A DNA stretch of 64,000 nt from Octopus sinensis. Lineage: Eukaryota. Numbering within the stretch: position 1 is the stretch's first letter; the number at the start of each line of letters is the position of its first letter. The stretch covers positions 992,001-1,056,000 of the forward strand of contig NC_043005.1 in the NCBI RefSeq assembly GCF_006345805.1, in the 5' to 3' direction. Positions 22,601-35,299 of this stretch are shown here, in pieces. Made by a program: the position numbers and the translations under genes. The notes below the pieces were generated by a model. That model ran no database searches. It was not told where the DNA came from and saw only the letters and a list, made by a program, of their open reading frames with translations.

Positions 22601-25600
22601 AAAAAGCCACCCTATTGGGCAGCTTTTGAGATAGTAATAGAAATAAAATGAACAAGGAACTGCTTTCAAAATATATCGTACAGAATACATTAAGTGTCAT
22701 TGTAGGGCCCAGTGCCCAATGAAGAGCCTGCCACAGGAGCGAGCTAAAAAGCCACCTTATTGGGCAGCTTTTGAGATAGTAATAGAAATAAAATGAACAA
22801 GGAACTGCTTTCAAAATATATCGTACAGAATACATTAAGTGTCATTGTAGGGCCCAGTGCCCAATGAAGAGCCTGCCACAGGAGCGAGCTAAAAAGCCAC
22901 CTTATTGGGCAGCTTTTGAGATAGTAATAGAAATAAAATGAACAAGGAACTGCTTTCAAAATTTATCGTACAGAATACATTAAGTGTCATTGTAGGGCCC
23001 AGTGCCCAATGAAGAGCCTGCCACAGGAGCGAGCTAAAAAGCCACCTTATTGGGCAGCTTTTGAGATAGTAATAGAAATAAAATGAACAAGGAACTGCTT
23101 TCAAAATATATCGTACAGAATACATTAAGTGTCATTGTAGGGCCCAGTGCCCAATGAAGAGCCTGCCACAGGAGCGAGCTAAAAAGCCACCTTATTGGGC
23201 AGCTTTTGAGATAGTAATAGAAATAAAATGAACAAGGAACTGCTTTCAAAATTTATCGTACAGAATACATTAAGTGTCATTGTAGGGCCCAGTGCCCAAT
23301 GAAGAGCCTGCCACAGGAGCGAGCTAAAAAGCCACCTTATTGGGCAGCTTTTGAGATAGTAATAGAAATAAAATGAACAAGGAACTGCTTTCAAAATATA
23401 TCGTACAGAATACATTAAGTGTCATTGTAGGGCCCAGTGCCCAATGAAGAGCCTGCCACAGGAGCGAGCTAAAAAGCCACCCTATTGGGCAGCTTTTGAG
23501 ATAGTAATAGAAATAAAATGAACAAGGAACTGCTTTCAAAATATATCGTACAGAATACATTAAGTGTCATTGTAGGGCCCAGTGCCCAATGAAGAGCCTG
23601 CCACAGGAGCGAGCTAAAAAGCCACCTTATTGGGCAGCTTTTGAGATAGTAATAGAAATAAAATGAACAAGGAACTGCTTTCAAAATATATCGTACAGAA
23701 TACATTAAGTGTCATTGTAGGGCCCAGTGCCCAATGAAGAGCCTGCCACAGGAGCGAGCTAAAAAGCCACCTTATTGGGCAGCTTTTGAGATAGTAATAG
23801 AAATAAAATGAACAAGGAACTGCTTTCAAAATTTATCGTACAGAATACATTAAGTGTCATTGTAGGGCCCAGTGCCCAATGAAGAGCCTGCCACAGGAGC
23901 GAGCTAAAAAGCCACCTTATTGGGCAGCTTTTGAGATAGTAATAGAAATAAAATGAACAAGGAACTGCTTTCAAAATATATCGTACAGAATACATTAAGT
24001 GTCATTGTAGGGCCCAGTGCCCAATGAAGAGCCTGCCACAGGAGCGAGCTAAAAAGCCACCTTATTGGGCAGCTTTTGAGATAGTAATAGAAATAAAATG
24101 AACAAGGAACTGCTTTCAAAATTTATCGTACAGAATACATTAAGTGTCATTGTAGGGCCCAGTGCCCAATGAAGAGCCTGCCACAGGAGCGAGCTAAAAA
24201 GCCACCTTATTGGGCAGCTTTTGAGATAGTAATAGAAATAAAATGAACAAGGAACTGTTTCAAAATATATCGTACAGAATACATTAAGTGTCATTGTAGG
24301 GCCCAGTGCCCAATGAAGAGCCTGCCACAGGAGCGAGCTAAAAAGCCACCCTATTGGGCAGCTTTTGAGATAGTAATAGAAATAAAATGAACAAGGAACT
24401 GCTTTCAAAATATATCGTACAGAATACATTAAGTGTCATTGTAGGGCCCAGTGCCCAATGAAGAGCCTGCCACAGGAGCGAGCTAAAAAGCCACCCTATT
24501 GGGCAGCTTTTGAGATAGTAATAGAAATAAAATGAACAAGGAACTGCTTTCAAAATATATCGTACAGAATACATTAAGTGTCATTGTAGGGCCCAGTGCC
24601 CAATGAAGAGCCTGCCACAGGAGCGAGCTAAAAAGCCACCCTATTGGGCAGCTTTTGAGATAGTAATAGAAATAAAATGAACAAGGAACTGCTTTCAAAA
24701 TATATCGTACAGAATACATTAAGTGTCATTGTAGGGCCCAGTGCCCAATGAAGAGCCTGCCACAGGAGCGAGCTAAAAAGCCACCTTATTGGGCAGCTTT
24801 TGAGATAGTAATAGAAATAAAATGAACAAGGAACTGCTTTCAAAATATATCGTACAGAATACATTAAGTGTCATTGTAGGGCCCAGTGCCCAATGAAGAG
24901 CCTGCCACAGGAGCGAGCTAAAAAGCCACCTTATTGGGCAGCTTTTGAGATAGTAATAGAAATAAAATGAACAAGGAACTGCTTTCAAAATATATCGTAC
25001 AGAATACATTAAGTGTCATTGTAGAGCCCAGTGCCCAATGAAGAGCCTGCCACAGGAGCGAGCTAAAAAGCCACCTTATTGGGCAGCTTTTGAGATAGTA
25101 ATAGAAATAAAATGAACAAGGAACTGCTTTCAAAATATATCGTACAGAATACATTAAGTGTCATTGTAGGGCCCAGTGCCCAATGAAGCCCTGCCACAGG
25201 AGCGAGCTAAAAAGCCACCCTATTGGGCAGCTTTTGAGATAGTAATAGAAATAAAATGAACAAGGAACTGCTTTCAAAATATATCGTACAGAATACATTA
25301 AGTGTCATTGTAGGGCCCAGTGCCCAATGAAGAGCCTGCCACAGGAGCGAGCTAAAAAGCCACCTTATTGGGCAGCTTTTGAGATAGTAATAGAAATAAA
25401 ATGAACAAGGAACTGCTTTCAAAATATATCGTACAGAATACATTAAGTGTCATTGTAGGGCCCAGTGCCCAATGAAGAGCCTGCCACAGGAGCGAGCTAA
25501 AAAGCCACCCTATTGGGCAGCTTTTGAGATAGTAATAGAAATAAAATGAACAAGGAACTGCTTTCAAAATATATCGTACAGAATACATTAAGTGTCATTG

Positions 25601-28600
25601 TAGGGCCCAGTGCCCAATGAAGAGCCTGCCACAGGAGCGAGCTAAAAAGCCACCCTATTGGGCAGCTTTTGAGATAGTAATAGAAATAAAATGAACAAGG
25701 AACTGCTTTCAAAATATATCGTACAGAATACATTAAGTGTCATTGTAGGGCCCAGTGCCCAATGAAGAGCCTGCCACAGGAGCGAGCTAAAAAGCCACCC
25801 TATTGGGCAGCTTTTGAGATAGTAATAGAAATAAAATGAACAAGGAACTGCTTTCAAAATATATCGTACAGAATACATTAAGTGTCATTGTAGGGCCCAG
25901 TGCCCAATGAAGAGCCTGCCACAGGAGCGAGCTAAAAAGCCACCTTATTGGGCAGCTTTTGAGATAGTAATAGAAATAAAATGAACAAGGAACTGCTTTC
26001 AAAATATATCGTACAGAATACATTAAGTGTCATTGTAGGGCCCAGTGCCCAATGAAGAGCCTGCCACAGGAGCGAGCTAAAAAGCCACCCTATTGGGCAG
26101 CTTTTGAGATAGTAATAGAAATAAAATGAACAAGGAACTGCTTTCAAAATATATCGTACAGAATACATTAAGTGTCATTGTAGGGCCCAGTGCCCAATGA
26201 AGAGCCTGCCACAGGAGCGAGCTAAAAAGCCACCTTATTGGGCAGCTTTTGAGATAGTAATAGAAATAAAATGAACAAGGAACTGCTTTCAAAATATATC
26301 GTACAGAATACATTAAGTGTCATTGTAGGGCCCAGTGCCCAATGAAGAGCCTGCCACAGGAGCGAGCTAAAAAGCCACCTTATTGGGCAGCTTTTGAGAT
26401 AGTAATAGAAATAAAATGAACAAGGAACTGCTTTCAAAATATATCGTACAGAATACATTAAGTGTCATTGTAGGGCCCAGTGCCCAATGAAGAGCCTGCC
26501 ACAGGAGCGAGCTAAAAAGCCACCCTATTGGGCAGCTTTTGAGATAGTAATAGAAATAAAATGAACAAGGAACTGCTTTCAAAATTTATCGTACAGAATA
26601 CATTAAGTGTCATTGTAGGGCCCAGTGCCCAATGAAGAGCCTGCCACAGGAGCGAGCTAAAAAGCCACCCTATTGGGCAGCTTTTGAGATAGTAATAGAA
26701 ATAAAATGAACAAGGAACTGCTTTCAAAATATATCGTACAGAATACATTAAGTGTCATTGTAGGGCCCAGTGCCCAATGAAGAGCCTGCCACAGGAGCGA
26801 GCTAAAAAGCCACCTTATTGGGCAGCTTTTGAGATAGTAATAGAAATAAAATGAACAAGGAACTGCTTTCAAAATATATCGTACAGAATACATTAAGTGT
26901 CATTGTAGGGCCCAGTGCCCAATGAAGAGCCTGCCACAGGAGCGAGCTAAAAAGCCACCTTATTGGGCAGCTTTTGAGATAGTAATAGAAATAAAATGAA
27001 CAAGGAACTGCTTTCAAAATATATCGTACAGAATACATTAAGTGTCATTGTAGGGCCCAGTGCCCAATGAAGAGCCTGCCACAGGAGCGAGCTAAAAAGC
27101 CACCTTATTGGGCAGCTTTTGAGATAGTAATAGAAATAAAATGAACAAGGAACTGCTTTCAAAATATATCGTACAGAATACATTAAGTGTCATTGTAGGG
27201 CCCAGTGCCCAATGAAGAGCCTGCCACAGGAGCGAGCTAAAAAGCCACCCTATTGGGCAGCTTTTGAGATAGTAATAGAAATAAAATGAACAAGGAACTG
27301 CTTTCAAAATATATCGTACAGAATACATTAAGTGTCATTGTAGGGCCCAGTGCCCAATGAAGAGCCTGCCACAGGAGCGAGCTAAAAAGCCACCTTATTG
27401 GGCAGCTTTTGAGATAGTAATAGAAATAAAATGAACAAGGAACTGCTTTCAAAATATATCGTACAGAATACATTAAGTGTCATTGTAGGGCCCAGTGCCC
27501 AATGAAGAGCCTGCCACAGGAGCGAGCTAAAAAGCCACCTTATTGGGCAGCTTTTGAGATAGTAATAGAAATAAAATGAACAAGGAACTGCTTTCAAAAT
27601 ATATCGTACAGAATACATTAAGTGTCATTGTAGGGCCCAGTGCCCAATGAAGAGCCTGCCACAGGAGCGAGCTAAAAAGCCACCCTATTGGGCAGCTTTT
27701 GAGATAGTAATAGAAATAAAATGAACAAGGAACTGCTTTCAAAATATATCGTACAGAATACATTAAGTGTCATTGTAGGGCCCAGTGCCCAATGAAGAGC
27801 CTGCCACAGGAGCGAGCTAAAAAGCCACCCTATTGGGCAGCTTTTGAGATAGTAATAGAAATAAAATGAACAAGGAACTGCTTTCAAAATATATCGTACA
27901 GAATACATTAAGTGTCATTGTAGGGCCCAGTGCCCAATGAAGAGCCTGCCACAGGAGCGAGCTAAAAAGCCACCCTATTGGGCAGCTTTTGAGATAGTAA
28001 TAGAAATAAAATGAACAAGGAACTGCTTTCAAAATATATCGTACAGAATACATTAAGTGTCATTGTAGGGCCCAGTGCCCAATGAAGAGCCTGCCACAGG
28101 AGCGAGCTAAAAAGCCACCCTATTGGGCAGCTTTTGAGATAGTAATAGAAATAAAATGAACAAGGAACTGCTTTCAAAATATATCGTACAGAATACATTA
28201 AGTGTCATTGTAGGGCCCAGTGCCCAATGAAGAGCCTGCCACAGGAGCGAGCTAAAAAGCCACCCTATTGGGCAGCTTTTGAGATAGTAATAGAAATAAA
28301 ATGAACAAGGAACTGCTTTCAAAATATATCGTACAGAATACATTAAGTGTCATTGTAGGGCCCAGTGCCCAATGAAGAGCCTGCCACAGGAGCGAGCTAA
28401 AAAGCCACCTTATTGGGCAGCTTTTGAGATAGTAATAGAAATAAAATGAACAAGGAACTGCTTTCAAAATATATCGTACAGAATACATTAAGTGTCATTG
28501 TAGGGCCCAGTGCCCAATGAAGAGCCTGCCACAGGAGCGAGCTAAAAAGCCACCTTATTGGGCAGCTTTTGAGATAGTAATAGAAATAAAATGAACAAGG

Positions 28601-29499
28601 AACTGCTTTCAAAATATATCGTACAGAATACATTAAGTGTCATTGTAGGGCCCAGTGCCCAATGAAGAGCCTGCCACAGGAGCGAGCTAAAAAGCCACCC
28701 TATTGGGCAGCTTTTGAGATAGTAATAGAAATAAAATGAACAAGGAACTGCTTTCAAAATATATCGTACAGAATACATTAAGTGTCATTGTAGGGCCCAG
28801 TGCCCAATGAAGAGCCTGCCACAGGAGCGAGCTAAAAAGCCACCCTATTGGGCAGCTTTTGAGATAGTAATAGAAATAAAATGAACAAGGAACTGCTTTC
28901 AAAATATATCGTACAGAATACATTAAGTGTCATTGTAGGGCCCAGTGCCCAATGAAGAGCCTGCCACAGGAGCGAGCTAAAAAGCCACCCTATTGGGCAG
29001 CTTTTGAGATAGTAATAGAAATAAAATGAACAAGGAACTGCTTTCAAAATATATCGTACAGAATACATTAAGTGTCATTGTAGGGCCCAGTGCCCAATGA
29101 AGAGCCTGCCACAGGAGCGAGCTAAAAAGCCACCTTATTGGGCAGCTTTTGAGATAGTAATAGAAATAAAATGAACAAGGAACTGCTTTCAAAATATATC
29201 GTACAGAATACATTAAGTGTCATTGTAGGGCCCAGTGCCCAATGAAGAGCCTGCCACAGGAGCGAGCTAAAAAGCCACCCTATTGGGCAGCTTTTGAGAT
29301 AGTAATAGAAATAAAATGAACAAGGAACTGCTTTCAAAATATATCGTACAGAATACATTAAGTGTCATTGTAGGGCCCAGTGCCCAATGAAGAGCCTGCC
29401 ACAGGAGCGAGCTAAAAAGCCACCTTATTGGGCAGCTTTTGAGATAGTAATAGAAATAAAATGAACAAGGAACTGCTTTCAAAATATATCGTACAGAAT
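19610..29499. repeat. Intronic satellite array: 68 x 145 bp plus a 32-bp partial unit
   Basis: Unit aggaactgctttcaaaatatatcgtacagaatacattaagtgtcattgtagggcccagtgcccaatgaagagcctgccacaggagcgagctaaaaagccacc(c/t)tattgggcagcttttgagatagtaatagaaataaaatgaaca; 68x145 - 2 (two 1-bp deletions) + 32 = 9890 bp, matching the span. Confidence 0.99.
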
Positions 29500-30449
29500 G
29501 ATGACATTGATTTTACTTGTTTTCCAAGATGCACAAAACTTCAAAATCTAAAACTCTTCAAGTGTGTTTGTCATGTTTTCCTTCAAAAATCTGCAGCATG
29601 AAACTGTAATCCCATTTTTCTCTAAATTTTTATCTCATGAACAATGTAAAGCATCAAAGAAACTCTTTTGTAAATTTCTCATGTAGCTCTTCATCATCAT
29701 GCTTGTAATTTTTTCCCCAAGATGGCACAGGATGATAGCCAAATATATTCACCACAGACAGATCTCTGCTATCTCAGCTGTGGGAACAACAAATTCAAAC
29801 TAAATGTCACTAATACAGCCAGAACAAATTACCAATAGCAGAAAAGCTTGTATAACTGCTGAGGTTCAAGCATTTACTCCACGTCAAATTTGAAAATGGT
29901 GAGGCACTAATTAACACTGCACGACCACTGTTTTGGCATGGGTTCTACAACTGGATGCCCTTCCTTAATTTACAGAGTGTACTAGGTGCTTTTTACATGG
30001 TACTAGCAATCCTCTTTGCAATATTCTTTCTACTTCTCAAAAAAAAAAAAAGAGAAAGAAAGAAAGAAAGAAGAGAAAATGTATCAATAGATACATACAA
30101 GTATGTGTATATATGTTGGTATTACAACACACACATACAAATACTCAACAGACCACATATTGCCAGTCACATTTTTAAAATTCTTTTGTCAATATTAGCT
30201 TTGGTTGGATGGTTGGGTCATTTCTGGTATTTAATCAATTATTAGAGCAGAAACTGTTTTTGTTTCCAAGTCTAATATGAAAGCAGTAAAGCATCTCTCA
30301 GATCAACAGACCAAAACAATCAGAGATAATTTGTCATGACTAAAATTACAAGCCTTCATATGCCACTACTATCTGTTTAGTACACACTGAAAATATCTAA
30401 TTTCACTTAACATTACTAGATAATTCTCGTTGAAATACATATAAAGGCA

Positions 30450-31972
30450 GGGTTCTAGGAAAGTTCACCACAAACATTTTTGAAGCAGGAAAATTTGCCT
30501 TGGAATTTTGGCTGTAGAAAAGTTTGTCGCAAAAAAGAAATGAGTTGTCCCCCTTGGTGTATAATTGTTTCAACCAATAAGAAGTGGGTAAAGCAATTGG
30601 ATCTTGTTAATCAGAAAATCAGCCCCCTTTAAATTTGCTTGGATTGTTTTCAATTTTGGTGTATCGTAAATTAAAGAATTTGATGTTATTTGGAATTAAA
30701 TTTGGGAAATTTTAGCCAATCAACAGACGGTGAGGCATTAACAGCTTGTTACCATGACAACCGCACGTTTTGTTGATTCTTCACACCATGACATTCAATT
30801 TACCTGTGTTTTGTTTTAATAAAAATTTATAGTTATCAATTAGAATTTTATTGTAGACTTTTGCGTCGGATGTCTTAATATTTTACATATTTTCCATATA
30901 TTTCGTCAACCACCCCTTCCTCTCGGAGTGGTTGGCGTTAGGAAGGGCATCCAGCTGTAGAAACACTGCCAGATCTGACCGGCCTGGTGCAGCCTTCGGG
31001 CTCCCCAGACCCCAGTTGAACCGTCCAACCCATGCTAGCATGGAAAACGGATGCTAAATGATGATGATGATGATGATGATGTTTCTCTCTTTACTTTTTC
31101 CGTGTTTTTCTGTTTTTTATCCACATTCAATCCATTTAATTGTATCACTCTGAAGGAAATTTTGAAAACAGAGGTGGATGCAGTAAATTATTTGAAAGAA
31201 AAGGGTGTTAGCCCTAAAAAACGAAAAAAGAAAGAGGTGCAGTAAATCTAGGTCCAACATGAGTAAGAAAGTGATTCATGGGAATTTGCACTGGCGGTAC
31301 ACTAGCAATGGTTGCAACGAGTGCCTTTCAGAATGAGCCCCAGGTCAGGCCAGAATGAGCCATTCTGTATTTTTATTGAAGATGTAGGACAACATTATTT
31401 AATGTGTCCTTCATTTTTAGAATATTAGAGCATAGTGTGAGGGAAATTTGGCTGTTATTTCTAGCAAATTGAACAACCACACAGAGATTACTTCATCGGT
31501 TCATTTGCTGATGTGTATAAGTAAACAAAAACTAAGGGAAATGGATCTTCATTTGTTTCTAGGATGATCATTCCAGTTGTATGATCAACTGAACTGGTTA
31601 CACACATCAACCTTCAAAGGATGAAAGGCAAAGTCCACCTAGGCGCAATCTGAACATTTCCAATATGTTTTTTTCACTTTATTTCCCATCTATCTTATAA
31701 ACAAAGTTAAGATCATCAACTAATTTCACAGCACCTCTGCTAGTTCCCACTTGGCAGACACCATTGCAATGGGTTGACCACACAAAGAATATTGTCAAAT
31801 GAATAAAGAAATTGCTTTACTCCTTCTTATTGCTTGAAATAATAATATACCGGCACGGGGGTGGGGGGATGGAGCCCTCTTTTGTTTTGCAGTAAAATTT
31901 CCTATGCAGCGAACTTTTCTACAGCTAAAAACCCTGAGGTGAATTTTTCTGCAGCGAACTTTCTGGATACAG
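30450..31972 (+). mobile_element. Degenerate Merlin/ISXO2-like DNA transposon with 8-bp TSD
   Basis: TAAAGGCA at 30442-30449 and 31973-31980; imperfect subterminal inverted repeats (GCTGTAGAAAAGTT / AACTTTTCTACAGC); remnant ILKTEVDAVNYLKEKGV..RCSKSRSNM..HWRY..GC. Confidence 0.6.
30915..31080 (+). mobile_element. RTE 3'-tail fragment nested in the Merlin-like relic
   Basis: GGAGTGGTTGGCGTTAGGAAGGGCATCCAGCTGTAG...AACCGTCCAACCCATGCTAGCATGGAAAACGG...(GAT)n. Confidence 0.85.
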
Positions 31973-32515
31973 TAAAGGCACTTATGGTAGCTTTAAGATT
32001 AAAAAAGGATTGAGCTATTGACAAAATAGTCATGAGTTCAAACTTTGTTGCAGCCACTGGCAAAGTATATTACTCACTGTACCAATATTTTCAGGTTAAG
32101 CAATGGCTTTGTGTGCATTTACCATTTCAATAATGTCAGAGAGATTGCAATTCTAGACTTGGAGCTATTCCTGTCTATTTTTAATAAGTTCATTTCTACG
32201 TTTTGCAGTTATTAGTAAAATGAGTGTCAGTGTAACAGCAAGGGATTGAAACTCATTTGAATCTAAAGGCAATGTTAGTAGTACTTATGTGAGACAAGGA
32301 AGCCTCTATTTATGACTAGAAATAGCAGCAGAAACTCTTCCTCAAACCAAACCCCACCATCTTAAACAAGTAAGGACATGTTGAATAATGGTAGTCCTAG
32401 TTAGCTCTAAAGACTGGATGCTCATAACTAAAATGTCTTTGGTGATGTGTTTCTTCAAATAGTTTCATCTGGGGTTAAACAAGAACAAACATTTAACCTT
32501 GGAAGACTGAAAAAG

Positions 32516-32761
32516 CCAAACCTCTCTCTGTCTGGATACTGTTTTAAGGTATTTAAGGTATTTAAGGTATTTAAGGTATTTAAACCAAACCTCTCTCTGT
32601 CTGGATACTGTTTTAAGGTATTTAAGGTATTTAAGGTATTTAAGGTATTTAAACCAAACCTCTCTCTGTCTGGATACTGTTTTAAGGTATTTAAGGTATT
32701 TAAGGTATTTAAGGTATTTAAACCAAACCTCTCTCTGTCTGGATACTGTTTTAAGGTATTT
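32516..32761. repeat. Nested minisatellite: 69-bp unit containing 4 x AAGGTATTT; 3 units plus 39 bp
   Basis: Identical copies of ccaaacctctctctgtctggatactgtttt(aaggtattt)4aaa. Confidence 0.97.
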
Positions 32762-32806
32762 TCCATAAAAACAAGTGAGTAAACAATATATTAGAACAAC
32801 ACTTAC

Positions 32807-32897
32807 AGGGTGACACATCTCTGTATCTGTTCTTTGAGATGTTGGCGGGTAACCTTGCTGCATTCATTGTCAGGCCATGCTTTTTTCTATAAAGTTG
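32807..32897 (-). CDS. PTPN4: PTPN4-like exon (PTP start, KNRY motif): QLYRKKHGLTMNAARLPANISKNRYRDVSP
   Basis: ttcaacag / gtaagt; 91 nt, phase 0-1; KNRYRD pTyr-recognition loop. Confidence 0.96.
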
Positions 32898-33735
32898 CTG
32901 TTGAATAGAAGAAAAAGAAAAAGAAAAAAAAAGATACATAGTTGAGAACATATTGAAGCTGAGAGCAGAAATTACATGAAAGACTGATGACAGTAAAGAT
33001 ATACAGATGTTGATCTTGGGTCACTTCTTGTGGCATGAAATGAGTTTTGTTTTTTTGTTTATAACAAGTCCTGCTGACACCTATTCTCCTGTAAATACCA
33101 AATAGGGCTCAATAATGAGAAGCTGATATTAAGATACTATTCAATATGAATTATTACATGTGAATATTTATGGATACACAGGAGGGAGCAACTGGTTCAG
33201 TGACAAGGGTGTTGGTCTATTAATCAATTTTCTAGAGTTTTCTTTGCATTCTTAGCAGAGACACAATTCACTCAACCAAAATGAAGGTAGCTCTGTAAGC
33301 AATGGAAGAACTGTATTTGATGATTGAATGTCCCAGCTTCCAATACTAAATTCAAATATTCTCGTAGTTACAAATGCTGTGATTGTTATTTGGCACCAGG
33401 CCAGCTTTGAACCAGCAAATACATAATCAAAGGTATTCCAGCTATAATCGTCTTGTAAAGTGTTCAGGCATAAATTATCTAGAAATATACCATCCAACTT
33501 GTTTTTACTTTTCAAGATGGTATGGTGTGGTTTGAGGAAAAATTGGCTGCTATTTCTAATAGAGTGAGATATTGCATGGAAGCTCCCTCATTAGCTGTTT
33601 CACTGGCTTGGAGAAGCAATAACCCATTGGTATTGGATCACAATTGAAAATATCAAGTATTTGGTTGAATGAACAGGAGTGAAAGAGTTAGCAGTTTTTG
33701 CGAGGAAAGACAAGATCAACAGAAAACGTTTAGTT

Positions 33736-33824
<89 letters not shown>
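33736..33824. repeat. Compound (GT)n(GA)n microsatellite
   Basis: Direct reading. Confidence 0.95.
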
Positions 33825-33826
<2 letters not shown>

Positions 33827-33868
33827 TTAATGTGGGACTTGTGTATATAATAATAGCTTTTCACTTAC

Positions 33869-34026
33869 TTCAAACTGTGCCATGGCAGCCCCACTCTCCA
33901 GACTCTCCTGCAGGAGCATCATGGAGGCCTGGAGAGTGTTGGCCCCAGACATGGTACTTGCTATTTGGTGTGTCTCAGGTATATACATCAAGTCTGGTTC
34001 TTCAGCATTATCTTCACTAACATAAA
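33869..34026 (-). CDS. PTPN4: PTPN4-like exon (PDZ-PTP linker): VYVSEDNAEEPDLMYIPETHQ...LQESLESGAAMAQFE
   Basis: ttttgcag / gtaagt; 158 nt, phase 1-0, frame-compatible with both neighbours. Confidence 0.94.
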
Positions 34027-35299
34027 CTGCAAAAACAAGTAACAAAATCTGTTTAATATTCAATAAAAGACAAATTAAAAATCCATTTCTTTACTTCCCC
34101 AGTTTTTCTACGGATGAATAGATGAAGCTTCCCAGACCCCTAATCTCATCTTTGAAGCATGCATTAATAATCTTTATACCTGTATCACATTAACATTGGC
34201 TTCATCTCTGAGCGTTGTAAGGGTTCTTGTTCATAGATTGCATACATGGCCTCTAGACTGCATCTATTATTTTCAAGCAAAAGTGGAAAAGTACCCGGCT
34301 GCAGAAATCAAGTGCAAATGACAAGTACAAGTAGTGGCTCACTTGGATCATGGTGACCATCCAGTAGAATCCAGCACGGAAAGTGGCAGTAAAATGATGA
34401 GGAGGGAAACGGGAGTAATTTTCTTATCTACTGGAGCAAGGAATAAGACATCTAATGCTGATCAAAAAGTTAAGCTTTATTGAAATGAAGAAGCTTTAGT
34501 AGTGGCTGTAGTAAGGGGATTGCCCTGGAACAGGGGACAACCCTCCAGCCCATGGGTTTATTTTGGGTAGTTGTTTCTGATGAGGGTTTTACAAGGTCAG
34601 AGTGCAAATCTTACCTTAGCCTCTTTTAGTTGCATTTTATGACATGCAGAAGAGACTTTGGGTCTCTTCTTTGACATGCTGATCCCCATACAGTGCATTA
34701 GAGCAATGTGAAGTGAAGGGTTTTGCTTAAGAACACAACAGATCATGAGTACAGATCACCCCAACCACTTGGCCAGGCACCTTCACATTGAAATGCAATG
34801 GAGATAGGAAATATTGTAAGTACAAAACCTAAAAATGGGATTATTCATTTTACATCTATTTTCCTAGGCTAGCATGGGTTGGATGGATACATATTAAGGC
34901 AATTTTACAATTAGGTCTCCTTCCTGTCATTAATCCTCACCTGTTTTCCAAGTAACTCATTTTTGATTAATGCTTTTCATGTAAGGACATGGAATTTAAA
35001 CACACACACACAAACACATATGTATACAATGGGCTTCTATAGAGTTTTTGTTAATGAGTTTCCCTAGCAAGATATTGGTGGATCTGAGGCTACAGTAGAA
35101 GACTCCTGTCCAAGGTGCCAATGCAGTGAAAACTGAAGACCATGTGTAACAGCCAAACTTTGCATCGTGGAGTCTGGTAAAATTGTAATAGGCTTTTTAA
35201 TAAAGACTCATCTTTGATGTTAATTGGTTCTTGTATCTGAAAACTGTTACCTCCACCTGAATCCGTGGTTCCGAAACAAATGGCTGCTTAGATGACAAG

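Noticed and set aside
19560-29482. About 68 copies of a 71-78 aa minus-strand ORF (MYSVRYILKAVPC...)
   Set aside because: Artefact of a 145-bp period (not a multiple of 3): ORFs overlap each other, span 1.6 units, have no recognisable domain and are broken by 1-bp deletions
19610-29499. CRISPR array
   Set aside because: Units are contiguous and near-identical with no unique spacers; no cas genes; eukaryotic intron context
32447-32863. ORFs with KVF / LNT / KYL repeats
   Set aside because: Translations of the 9/69-bp minisatellite within an intron
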